Below, piece after piece: positions 52,743 through 64,000 of a stretch of DNA of 64,000 nucleotides. Within the stretch, counting starts at the first letter, position 1, and each line of letters starts with the position of its first letter. The stretch comes from Octopus sinensis (lineage: Eukaryota), in the NCBI RefSeq assembly GCF_006345805.1, contig NC_043012.1, forward strand, positions 7,130,001 through 7,194,000, in the 5' to 3' direction. The notes beneath the pieces are model-generated. The model made no database searches. It was not told the DNA's origin and worked only from the letters and a program-made list of their open reading frames with translations. The position numbers and the translations under genes were made by a program.

Positions 52743-53925
52743 CAGGGTGTGTAAGATATTTGAGGACATATCTTTTTGGGTCATTGCTGCATTTTTTGCT
52801 AACTCTGTATAATGATAATGGCAGACCCTCAGCTTCTCAAGAAACGAAAATGCATGCTGTTATTGTGGGTATAAATGCTGAGCATAGCGATTTAGAAATA
52901 TCTCGAGTTTTAAAAGTTACCCGATCTTTCGTCTACAAAGTTTGTACGGAGCTAGAGACTGAAGATGGAAACGTATTACCAGTATCAAAGTATAAAAAGC
53001 ATTCTAAATGCTCTGAAATCATCAGAACACCTGAATTTATCCAGCAAGTTCAACGGACCATTGATTACAATTCCAGAAAGTCCATGAGGTCAATTGCAAA
53101 AGATCTCCATGTGTCACAAGGAACAGTCAGAAATGTTGTCCATAAAGAAATCAGATAAAAGTCTTATATGTTGAGGAAAGGTCAATTTGTCAGAAAAAGC
53201 GAAAGAAAATCACTACATCTGATCTAAAAGGCTCTTAAACAAACTGAAAAATCCAGCAGGAGATTTGATTTGGTTTTTCTCAAACGAAAAAAATTTCGAC
53301 CAAGATCAGAAAGTTAACAGAAGAAATGACAAATGGTTATGTGCAGACCGTTCTGAAGTTCCAAGTGTTATGCATACAGAATTTGTCAGTAATGTGATGC
53401 CTTCTTACTTCTTCCCACTAGGTTTTAGTGTTAACTCTGCCGCCTATACTGAGGTCCTGGAAATAATCGTTAAGCCCTGGATAGACAGTGTATGCAATTG
53501 AAGGCAATATGTGTTTCATTAGCCTGTGCACTATCACACATGGCTCTAGTAACACAGGAATGGATGGCTGAACATTTTTATGATCATATAACCACTAACA
53601 TTTGGCCTTCTAATTCCCCAGATCTCAAACCATTGGACTATTACATGTGGAGTGTTGTTAAGAGAGAGGTGAACACGCTCATAACACCAAAGCGTGTTTG
53701 AAAACTGTCAAAGTAAGGTCCAAAATGAACAAGAACCACTTGATTCAAGCATGTAGAGGATTCAGATCTCATATAGAAGCAGTTGTTGAAGCTGAAGGTA
53801 GTTTTAGAGGTAACATTATAGAAATGAAGGTTTATTTTCATCCTCATAGCATTGTTTGGTAAATAAAGTTATACATCTGTACGTTTTTCATAAACAGAAA
53901 TCTGTCGTCAAATATCTTAGGCACC

Positions 53926-53928
<3 letters not shown>
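52743..53928 (+). mobile_element. maT/Bmmar1-like (DD37D-type) Tc1/mariner element with a broken transposase, inserted in (TA)n
   Basis: TIRs CAGGGTGTGTAAGATATTTGAGGACA / TGTCGTCAAATATCTTAGGCACCCTG. Motifs RKSMRSIAKDLHVS, WFFSNEKNF, NRRND and WPSNSPDLKPLDYYMW. Confidence 0.92.
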
Positions 53929-53996
<68 letters not shown>

Positions 53997-54339
53997 TTGC
54001 CGTTATGCAAAACTTTTGTAAGTTCAAAACATCGCTTTTTCAGAAAATAAAAAAAATAGTTTCACCATTCCTTTTCTTTTGGCATTAGCAACAATTTCTG
54101 CTTAACAATAATACTTTCATGGGTGCATAAAATCGTAACTCTACGATGTATGATATTTTCAGTCAGAAATATTTTTGCAAAACTGTCCTATATGGGACTT
54201 ACTACACTTTTGAAAAACGCTGAACCGTTGTACTACACGTTGACAATTTTCATATCTTGGCATCTGAAGTAGCTGGAGATGCGATAGTTTGACCCAATAA
54301 AAACGGATATTTGCAAGCAAAATATTGTTTTTGTTTTAA

Positions 54340-54680
54340 GGGTAAAGACCCCCTTCGATCACGAATGATCATATGGTTGCAACCATGAATGACCATGGGA
54401 TTGCACTTAGAAAGTTCCCCTCCGAGGCACAAATCCGGGCAAGGTTGTTTATGGAAGACCAGCAGTCGCCCATGCATGCCAGCCTCCCATCTCCTCGCCA
54501 CCGATTTTATCCAAGGGAAAGACAAAGGCTGATACAGCTTGGCACCAGTGACGATGTCACAATTCATTTCTACAGCTGAATGAACTGGGGCAACGAGAAA
54601 TAAAGTGTCATGTTCAAGGATACACACACACAGCCCGGTCCGAGAATCGAACTCACCACCTCATTGTTGTGAGTCCGACG
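54340..54680 (-). mobile_element. tRNA-derived SINE (D-type head, different tail)
   Basis: Minus-strand head TGGCTAAGTGGTTAGAACGTCGGACTC...GAGTTCGATTCTC and core CTTGAACATGACACTTTATTTC. Confidence 0.8.
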
Positions 54681-55974
54681 TTCTAACCACTTAGCCATGT
54701 AGTAAAACAGGATTTTTGTGTCGTCTACATAGCAAACCAATACAACAATACAGGAGTTGTTTAAAGCCTATTGTTTTTTTTATAGTCGCCATCTTTACAT
54801 CTTTATTTTCGACATCTTTATTTTATTTTACATCTTTATTCTATTTTATTAATAATTGGCGGCACGACGAATATTAACGACAGACCATTCATATCACCTT
54901 TTTGCTCGTATTCATCAGTGTTTTTCTTTCATGACGTTCATCAATTATTTGTGAAACTCCTGGATCCTTCTCTACGTATTCTTCAATTATATTCTGTGCA
55001 ATCCAATTCATGAAACAGTAGCATCATACACGAAGAAAATCCAACAAACTCATCCGATGATATTCTTCTCTCTTCTGTCAATCTCTTCGCCTTACACATT
55101 ATCCTCTTTGTTAAAACAATATATACACACACTATTCTTTGTCGAATGTATATCCATAATATTATGACATCTTCCAGTAATTGTACATTTTGCTATTTTT
55201 ATGTCAAAGCTGCTTTATGATAAATTTTAAATTATTTCCACTCTCGTTTTCATTACTGTCTGCTCCTCTTCCTCACCTCCTCACCTTTATCTCCTCCTCT
55301 TCTTCATCTCCTCCTCCTCTTCCTCTCCTCCTCCCTTTCTCCTCTTATTTTCTCCCTTCACGAATAATTATTTCAATGTTAACGGTAGTCCATACTCTCA
55401 CTCAGATTCCTGGTTACTATGTTGTTTAGCAAACTCAACAACCTTCAGCTTGTAACTAATTGTGTAGGTCTGTCTCCTCTGTTTTCGTTGTCATTGTGTA
55501 GCTTCGCAAAGCGGTGTTTTCAGCCGAATAACTCAACTGACAGCTAACAAATGCTTTCTTAACTTCGGTTGACGCCATCGTAGCTGTCAGTCTCCAAACT
55601 GGCTTGAAAAATATCATTATTTTCGATTGGCCACCAACCAAATAAAATGAACGACGCTATGTTGCCGGGGCTGATAAAACACATGTAAAATGTTTACCAG
55701 CGAGCATCAACAGATTAAAAAAAATCCCAAAAAACTAACAAATATTATTAATTAATCATATGTAATATATTAATTCGTTGTATATAATTAATTAACATAA
55801 TCGGATAGATGTATTTCATGTGATTTGTAAAAATAAGTTTAGATTAAAATACTGAGGGTATACTGAGAGCTGGACACAGTGGTCAAGTTTCAGTTAAGAA
55901 CACACATATACACACGTACGTATATGCATACACACACGCGCGCGCGCATATATGTATATATGTATGTATATATG

Positions 55975-56022
<48 letters not shown>

Positions 56023-56392
56023 TGATAAAATGGAAACATATGAATATATACATACATAAATGTAGATACCTACATATATATGTATATATATATACATGCA
56101 TATATGGGTACAGGACATAAAAATAAACGTGAGCAAAAAGAGAAACGGGAATATAAAAAAGCATAGAAAATGAACTTCTTTTCGAAAAACGAAAGTAAAA
56201 AAATAAAGAAACAAGACAGGCAACATAAAGAACATTCTCTTCACTAGTTGTCCCTTGTTTTATCTACTCCGCGTTTCGAAGGTAGGGACAAGGCGCGACT
56301 TCATTAAAACAATCCTTCCCGCAAAGCAAATTAAATAAAATTTGGGACCTTTGGGGACAGTAAGAACAAAACAGTAAAAACAAACGGTGAAT

Positions 56393-56454
<62 letters not shown>

Positions 56455-56465
56455 GCACACACATA

Positions 56466-56628
56466 TACGTCGAGCTTCTTTCAGTTTCCGTCTACCAAAT
56501 CCACTCACAAGGCTTTATTCGGCCCGAGGCTATAATAGAAGACACTTGCTCAAAGTGCAGCGCAGTGGGACTGAATTCGGGACCGTGTCGTTGGGAAGTA
56601 AGCTTCTTACCACACAGTCACGCCTGCG

Positions 56629-56630
<2 letters not shown>
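56466..56630 (-). mobile_element. SINE family B 5' half
   Basis: GCTTCTTTCAGTTTCCGTCTACCAAATCCACTCACAAGGC...CTTACCACACAGTCACGCCTGCGCC. Confidence 0.9.
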
Positions 56631-56677
<47 letters not shown>

Positions 56678-56764
56678 CGTACTATTGATGGTAAGATCAA
56701 CAAAAAAAGCACTGCATCTGGTGAGAAAGAAATATTATTTAATAAACACAATATCTGTTTTTAT

Positions 56765-56849
56765 ATGCTATTATTAGTTTCATGTACCGAGAGCATGCCA
56801 TACTGTTTTTTTTTAACACGTTTGGTATCCTAGCACAATCATCGGGCAC
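56765..56849 (-). ncRNA. Degenerate hammerhead-like motif with CCGATGA core
   Basis: GTGC-CCGATGA-TTGTGC...GTACAT-GAAA-CTAATAA-TA-GCAT. Stem I 4 bp, stem II 5 bp. Shares CCGATGATTGT...ACATGAAAC with 34798-34721. Confidence 0.45.
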
Positions 56850-57614
56850 TTCCTACATGGCATAACGAACTAAAAATGTAACGATATATATGTCCTAAGT
56901 ATGATTTAAACTGCAATCGGTAGTGCGGCTTTGGTCCGGCAGTTCCAGGGTTTTGGACAGCGTGGGGGCCACTTCTTAGTCACTATCCTGATCCTGAGTT
57001 GTAGCACTTGTCAGTGTCCCAACTATTGTGGTAGCAACTAGCATAGGTGATGGTAATCCAGTTGAGTGCGGTGACGCAAGAATCCCCTTGGTTGGTTTCG
57101 ACCAGAAGTGATTGAACCCTAGCTGTTGTCACGACATCCTTTTAAGAGAGGGACACTCTTCCGTAAACCCTTCACTTTCGCGTGATTACTGGTCACCTCG
57201 TTTCAGCTTGTCACTAGGTATTTATCACGGAAACTCAGAGATTGGCACTCGTGTCGTACAATCTTTCATCCCTATAATCCAATGAGATACAAATATCTCT
57301 TGATAGTGACTTCATTTATCAAGTCATCTACTGAAAGTCTTATGGCGATAGAAGAGAACAACATATGCAGACAAAACCAGTTCGGAGTGTCCAGTAAGTA
57401 CCAACTTTCCTTTGTCACGCATATTTCAAAACATGCAGATGTGCAACGGGGCTGACTAGTCAACTGAGTGGTCATGGATGGAATGTCTGAAATAGTATTG
57501 ATAGCAAAAAGGAGTACAAGAAGACGGCAATCATTTGTGAAGATGGTGCATATTCACCACACACACGCGCACACATACATATACACACACGCGAGCGTGC
57601 GTGCGCACACACAA

Positions 57615-57659
<45 letters not shown>

Positions 57660-57697
57660 CGAAGAGAGAAAGAGAGAAGGACAGATAAACAAACAGG

Positions 57698-57777
<80 letters not shown>

Positions 57778-57959
57778 AAGATAGTTAGATTCATTTGTGT
57801 ATGTGTGTAACTTAATATTTACCTACACAACACAAGCCAATCGAATGCAGATGTTATTCTCTTTAGATATTAAGCTTTTTTAAAAGTTCATAAATCTTCC
57901 ATAGTCTACAAGTATAAAACAATAACATATGTATGTGTGTGTGTGTGTGTGTGTTTGTG

Positions 57960-57993
<34 letters not shown>

Positions 57994-58368
57994 CGCACGT
58001 GTGTGTGTGTAAAAGACATTCTGCGATAGAAAATTAATGGTCAGAACGAATATACGAACTACTATAAAGGAATGTGTTTACGTTTTTGTCATCTTTTATC
58101 ACAGCAAGGCTTTCTAATATCTAAAATAATTGTAGTCCATCTGATTCACGTTATGTTAGTCTCCTCATTCCTTTCTGTGGAAGAGCATAGGTTCGAAACG
58201 TCGATGACTCTAACAGTTTCTTTACTTTTCTGAACGGCAAACTAATGCTTCTTCTCTGTTGTTCCCTCACCTGTAACTGTCTTCTGTTTTCAGTTTTCTG
58301 TACATTTTTGAACCCCCCACCACACACACACACTCACACAGACAAACTCACACACATACACACGCATT

Positions 58369-58441
<73 letters not shown>

Positions 58442-58844
58442 TATATACACATATGCACAGATGCACGCGCATATACACACATGTACGCACATACACATAC
58501 ACACGTATACTCATATACACACATGTATGGGCATGTACATACCCACACACACATATATATACATATATATATATTTTTATATACGTGTGTGTATATATAC
58601 ATACATACATATATACATACATATACATGCACGCGCATACACACACATACACACTCACCCTTTATCGTACCTATATCTATGAACAGAGGCGAAGCTTAAT
58701 CGAACATAGATGACGTTCATCAAGTACTTTTAGTTTTTCCCCAAGCTCATATGCACTGCATATTCTACACGTATATCATGACACACGCGTGTGTGTGTGT
58801 GTGTGTGTGTGTATGTATATGTGTGTGTATGCATGTATATGTAC

Positions 58845-58952
58845 GTAGGTAGATAGATAGACAGGCACACAGGCAGACAGATAGATATAAATAGACGGGT
58901 GTAGAGATAGATAGACGGATGGATAGATAGATATACATACATACATACAGAC

Positions 58953-59013
<61 letters not shown>

Positions 59014-59054
59014 TAGATAGATAGATAGATAGTTAAACCATGATAGATAGATAA

Positions 59055-59098
<44 letters not shown>

Positions 59099-59164
59099 AT
59101 AGATAGATCGATTGATAGATAGATAGATAGTTAAACATAGATAGATAGATAAATAGATAGATAA

Positions 59165-59197
<33 letters not shown>

Positions 59198-59236
59198 TAT
59201 ATATATATATATATAGATAGATAGATAGATATAGAC

Positions 59237-59296
<60 letters not shown>
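58845..59296. repeat. (GATA)n/(GACA)n microsatellite
   Basis: Direct observation. Confidence 0.95.
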
Positions 59297-59297
<1 letters not shown>

Positions 59298-59624
59298 TCA
59301 CTTCCTTCTCTTCCTCGCTGGTTTCTTATTCGTTTCCTTCCTTATATCTTCCTGCTGTCAGTTTCATTCTTTAAGTGCAAATATTTTGCACAAGGTTTAA
59401 GGGGTTAATCCTTTCTAGTCAATCAGTTTGAAATCGAAATCGGAGGATTATTGTTCTGTATTTATTTTACATGCCAAATCCCCGCCATTCCCATAATATT
59501 ACTACTACTACAACATATACTACAACATAGTATTACTGTTATTACAACGTCTGCTACAACCACCCACCCCCGTTACTCTTCTCCCCAAATACACCCACTA
59601 ACAACTTTACCAATCAAAACTGTA

Positions 59625-59639
59625 CTACCACCACTATCT

Positions 59640-59707
<68 letters not shown>

Positions 59708-60020
59708 TCTGTTGCTGTTGCTACTGCTGCTGTTGCTACTGCTGCTGTTGCTGCTACTCCTACCACCACTACCACCACCACCATCATCATCATCACCACC
59801 ACCACCATCACTATCACCACCATCATTATCATTATCATCATCACCATCACCACGACCACCACCACTACTACCACCACTACCACCACCACCACTACCACCA
59901 CCACTACCACCACCACCACTACCACCATCATCATCACCACCTCTCTCTACCAACGTTATACAATACAACTACTGCAATACACCCGTCACTACCATCACCA
60001 CCACCACTACCACCACTCCT
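59625..60020. repeat. Compound (ACT)/(GCT)/(CAC)/(CAT) trinucleotide tract
   Basis: Direct observation. Confidence 0.95.
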
Positions 60021-61031
60021 AACAATTCTTTCTACTATAGGTACAAAGCCTGAAATTTGGGGGCGGGGCAGGAGAAAATCGATTACCTCACCCCCAGTGT
60101 TCAACTGGTATTCATTTCTTCGACACCAATAGCGGAGTTTGAACTCAGGACGTAAAAATTGGCACTTCAGCCAAAATCTAAATTGTGCCGTAGGACATTC
60201 TGAATGGCACGCCTAACGAGAAAATTACCTTGTATATTTTTAGTCGTGCGGCCCACCTGATGATGAACCATGTCTCATGCGGCCCGCTTCTCGAAAAAGG
60301 TTACCTATGCTTCATTTATATTCTACCATCATTCATTCATAACATCATCACTACTATCAGCAACATCAAAACAGCTACCATCACCTCCACCTACGACAAC
60401 AGCAACACAACTATGCCGCTGCAACTACTACCAGCACCACGATACGGCTGTCGACAACATTTAAGTGTCACCACTACCGCCACCGTCATCGTCACCACCA
60501 CCAACATCAAGACTATCATCTCCAGCAACATAACAGCAATCAAGACTACCATCTCCAGCAACATAACCATCACCACCACCACCACCATCACCACCACCAC
60601 AACCACCACCACCACCACCACAACCACCACCACCACCACCACCACCACCACTACCACCACCACTAACAACACTAGCAGCAACAGCCCTCACTGTGACCAC
60701 TGCCGCATAAAACAAATGCCAGCCTCAGCTCAGATGTTTTTAAGACGTTAAGGTTTTATAGTTGATATGAAATTCAGGACTCGTTATTCGTAAAGTGTAA
60801 AAGAAAAATCCAGCAATTAACGACTATACAAGATCACCTGCTACTTTACCAGCACCACTACCAGCACCACTACAACCACCACCACAACCAAAACCGTCAC
60901 CACCGCCGCCGTCACCATGGCCACCATCATTGCCACCACTACCACCATCATTTGTTTTTTAGGTTTTCTATTTATTATCAAATAAGCTATGCACAGCATG
61001 TGCTGTCGATCGTTCTGCTGCTGCTGCTGCA

Positions 61032-61063
<32 letters not shown>

Positions 61064-61139
61064 ATACTTATGTTGCATATGTAAATCAGTCTCTATTGTT
61101 ACTTTTATTCTTTCATTTCAACACAGAGTCAGCCACTTT

Positions 61140-62050
61140 GAAGGGAGGGGCTAAGTCGATTGTCTCGACTCCAGTGTTCAAATGGTGCTTATTTTGTCGA
61201 GCCCCTGAAAGGATGAAAGGCTAAGTCGACCTTTGTCTTTCAGCTTTTCCGGGTTGATAAAATAAGTACCAATGAAACACTGGGGCCGAGGCAATCGGCT
61301 AGCCCCACTCCAACCCTACTATTTTAAGTTTTGTGCCTGTAGTAGAAAGGATTATTATTATTAGTAGTAGTATTAATAAGGCGGTGAGATGGCAGAGTCG
61401 TTAGCACATCAGACAAATTCTTAGCGGTAGTTCGCCCATCTTTACGTTTTGAGTTCAAATTCAATTCCGCGGAGGTTGACTTTTCTTTTCATCCTTTCAA
61501 GATCGATAAATTAAGTACCAGGGTTGATGTAATCGACTTCCCATCACCCCTGCCCCCGCCTGAACGTGACGGCCTTGTGCCAAACTTGGAAATCATATTT
61601 ACTAATTATTAAGGCGGCGAGCTGGCAGGACAGTTAGCACGTCGGACAAAGTGCTTAGCGGCGTTTCGTCCATCTTTACATTCCGGGTTCAAATTCCGGC
61701 GAAAGCGACTTTGCCTTCCGGAGTATATGAAACAAGTACTCGTATAGCCCTGGGGTCAATGCTATCGCCTAGTCCCCTCCCTCAAAATTTCAGGCCTTGT
61801 GCTTTTAACAGAAAGGATTATTGCTATCGCTATAAGAATTGCGAAGAGGGCGAGCTGGCGGAATCGTTAGCAATTCGGGCGAAAATGCTTACAGGAATTT
61901 CGTCCGGTTCGTATGCTCTGAGTTCAAATACCACCGTGGTCAACTTTGCATTTCATCCTTTTGACATGAATAAAATTCAGTACAAATGAAATACGGGGTG
62001 TGGAGATGTCGTCGACTGTCCCCTTCCCTCAAAATTTCTAACCCTGTCCC
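61140..62050 (+). mobile_element. Cluster of about five SINE family A copies or fragments (first on -, rest on +)
   Basis: Heads at ~61378, ~61611 and ~61848 (GGCG(G/A)...GA(G/T)CTGGC), repeated cores and AGAAAGGATTATT tails. Confidence 0.85.
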
Positions 62051-62167
62051 CAAATGGAAAAGAATTATTATATGAGTTACCTTTCTTACTTTCAAAAAAA
62101 ACAACAAAAAAAAAAAACAAAGAAGAAAAAAAAACGATTTGATATATTTTTCAAAACCTGCACAAAC

Positions 62168-62570
62168 AGGCGTGGCAGTTTGGTAAGAAGCTTGCTTCCC
62201 AACCACATGGTTCTGGGTTCAGTCCCAATGCGTGGCACCTTGAGCACGTGTCTTCTACTAAAATCTCGAGCCGACTAAAGCTATGTGAGTGGCTTTGGTA
62301 GACAGAAACTGAAGGAAGCCCGTCGTATGTATATACATAGATGTGTGGGTGGGTGTACACCCTTCACTATCCCTTGACAACTGTTGTTGGTGGGTTTACG
62401 TCCCCGTAACTTAGCAGTTCAACATAAGAGTCCGATAGAATAATTACGTGCCTTTTTCACAAAATAAATAAATACTAGCGGCAGGAGACTAATCATTTGA
62501 CAAAAAATTCTTCAAGGCGGTGCCCCAACATGGCCGCAGTCTGATGACAGAAACAAGTAAATGAAAACTA
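62168..62570 (+). mobile_element. SINE family B (source of a local inverted copy)
   Basis: Complete head, core and 3' AAGGCGGTGCCCCAACATGGCCGCAGTC. Confidence 0.9.
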
Positions 62571-62694
62571 GCGATAAAAGAAAGCGGTTAGGGTTCAACA
62601 TCAACAAACGCTGTATAGAAATCCAATAACAACATATATACAGACCCCACAGAACCCCTCTTTTCTTTTTAGACAATGTGTGTATTTATAATAA

Positions 62695-63155
62695 GTCTTT
62701 TTATGTGCCCTTTTCAAGCCTAGCCAGGCTCATGAGCCCGGATTCCCGGTTTCTATGTCGTATGAGTTCCCCCCCAGCTGGACGGGACGCCAGTCCATCG
62801 CAGCATTACTCAAGAAACAGGAAGAAAGAGTGAGAGAAAGTTGTCAAGGGATAGTGAAGGGTGTACACCCACCCACACATCTATGTATATACATACGACG
62901 GGCTTCCTTCAGTTTCTGTCTACCAAAGCCACTCACATAGCTTTAGTCGGCTCGAGATTTTAGTAGAAGACACGTGCTCAAGGTGCCACGCATTGAGACT
63001 GAACCCAGAACCATGTGGTTGGGAAGCAAGCTTCTTACAAAAGCTTTACGTGTTTTCGCTCAATGAACGCACACAACGTCCGGTCTGGGAATCGAAACTG
63101 CAACCCTCCGACCGCGAGTCCGCTGCCCTAACTACTGGGCCATTGCGCCTCCGCA
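62695..63155 (-). mobile_element. SINE with a family C head, interrupted by a 200-bp templated insertion
   Basis: AGAAACAGGAAGAAAGAGTGAGAGAAAGTTGT and AAGCTTTA(C/G)GTGTTTTCGCTCAA...GGAATCGAAAC match 2712-2868. Insert at 62839-63038. Confidence 0.88.
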
Positions 63156-63542
63156 TAAGTCTTACCAATTATAAATTAAATTGATAATGTACACATTCCA
63201 TATCTCCCATAAATCTAATTAACTGCGTAATTTCTCAGTCGCATCTGCACAACATTAGAGGTCTCCGATATTACTGTATCGAATATTAACATACTATTGT
63301 AATGCTTGTCATGGTAACTCTTGTTTAGCTCACTGTGTGCTAACTTATCGTGTTTCTCTATGCAAAATCTCAACAGTATTTTCGCATTGGAATTTTCCAA
63401 GTTAGATTGATGTTCATATAAGTAACATATATAAAATATTTAAATGGGAAAGCCTAACGTATTCCGAGCGGTTAATGTCTGATAGCTTTATGCAATGTGG
63501 AGTTTTGTCGTAGAAAATACACAGTACTGGTGACATTCGTCG

Positions 63543-63718
63543 CAGGCATAGGTGAATGGTTACGAAACTCGCTTTAAGAAACGACGTGGTTTCGAGTTCA
63601 GTTCCACTGAGTAACACTTTGGGCAACAGTCTCGTATTATAGCTCCGACCGACCAATGCCTTATAACTGAGTTTGGGAGACGGAAACTACATGGAAGTCT
63701 GCCGTATATGTGCGTGCG

Positions 63719-63759
<41 letters not shown>

Positions 63760-63950
63760 CTTTGTGCTTATTCCCCATCACCGATTAACAACCGGTATTG
63801 GTTTGTGTACATCCCCGTTACCTAGGAGTTCGACAAAAGACACTGATAAAATTAATAGCAGTCGATTTGCTCGGCTAAAACCCTTCAAGACAGTGCTCCA
63901 TGATGGCCGCAAACTAATGTCTGAAGCAAATACAAGATAAAAGAATAAAG
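63543..63950 (+). mobile_element. SINE family B, diverged
   Basis: GAGTTCAGTTCCACTG, CCGACCAATGCCTT, GACGGAAACT, (TG)n and GTGCTCCATGATGGCCGCA. Confidence 0.8.
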
Positions 63951-64000
63951 ATATATCGTCGGAGATTTGGATATCGTTCTGAATGAGTTCAGTTGTGATA

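Noticed and set aside
61140-62050. Regularly spaced repeats superficially like an array
   Set aside because: These are diverged tandem SINE copies, not CRISPR or satellite units.

Overview
AT-rich eukaryotic (metazoan) non-coding DNA with no recognisable intact host gene, RNA gene or CRISPR array. The SINE families and extreme microsatellite load look like an octopus/coleoid cephalopod genome (inferred from recognition, not verified). Almost every ORF in the supplied track is a microsatellite translation. Real content: many tRNA-derived SINE copies; decayed retroelements (an internally deleted Tx1/L1-like LINE and a sibling 3' end, a Gypsy gag-pol fossil, an R4/Dong-like REL-endonuclease fragment, a possible RTE tail); four Tc1/mariner copies; and hAT, piggyBac-like, pogo/Tc2-like and possibly Helitron non-autonomous elements. 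Two patterns stand out. (1) About a dozen short, mostly unrelated non-coding cassettes sit in or beside (TA)n/(CA)n tracts and carry type I minimal hammerhead-ribozyme motifs or halves of them. Several are arranged as palindromes, and some have recurrent non-canonical cores: CCGANGA three times, and a G3:C8-swapped GTGAACA once. They are best explained as Penelope-like pLTR or retrozyme-type elements. (2) There are several very young, locally templated inverted copies and patch insertions with microhomology junctions. Together these seed the region with long dsRNA-forming hairpins. Coordinates were read by eye, and those of decayed repeats are approximate. Assembly artefacts cannot be excluded for the most perfect palindromes.
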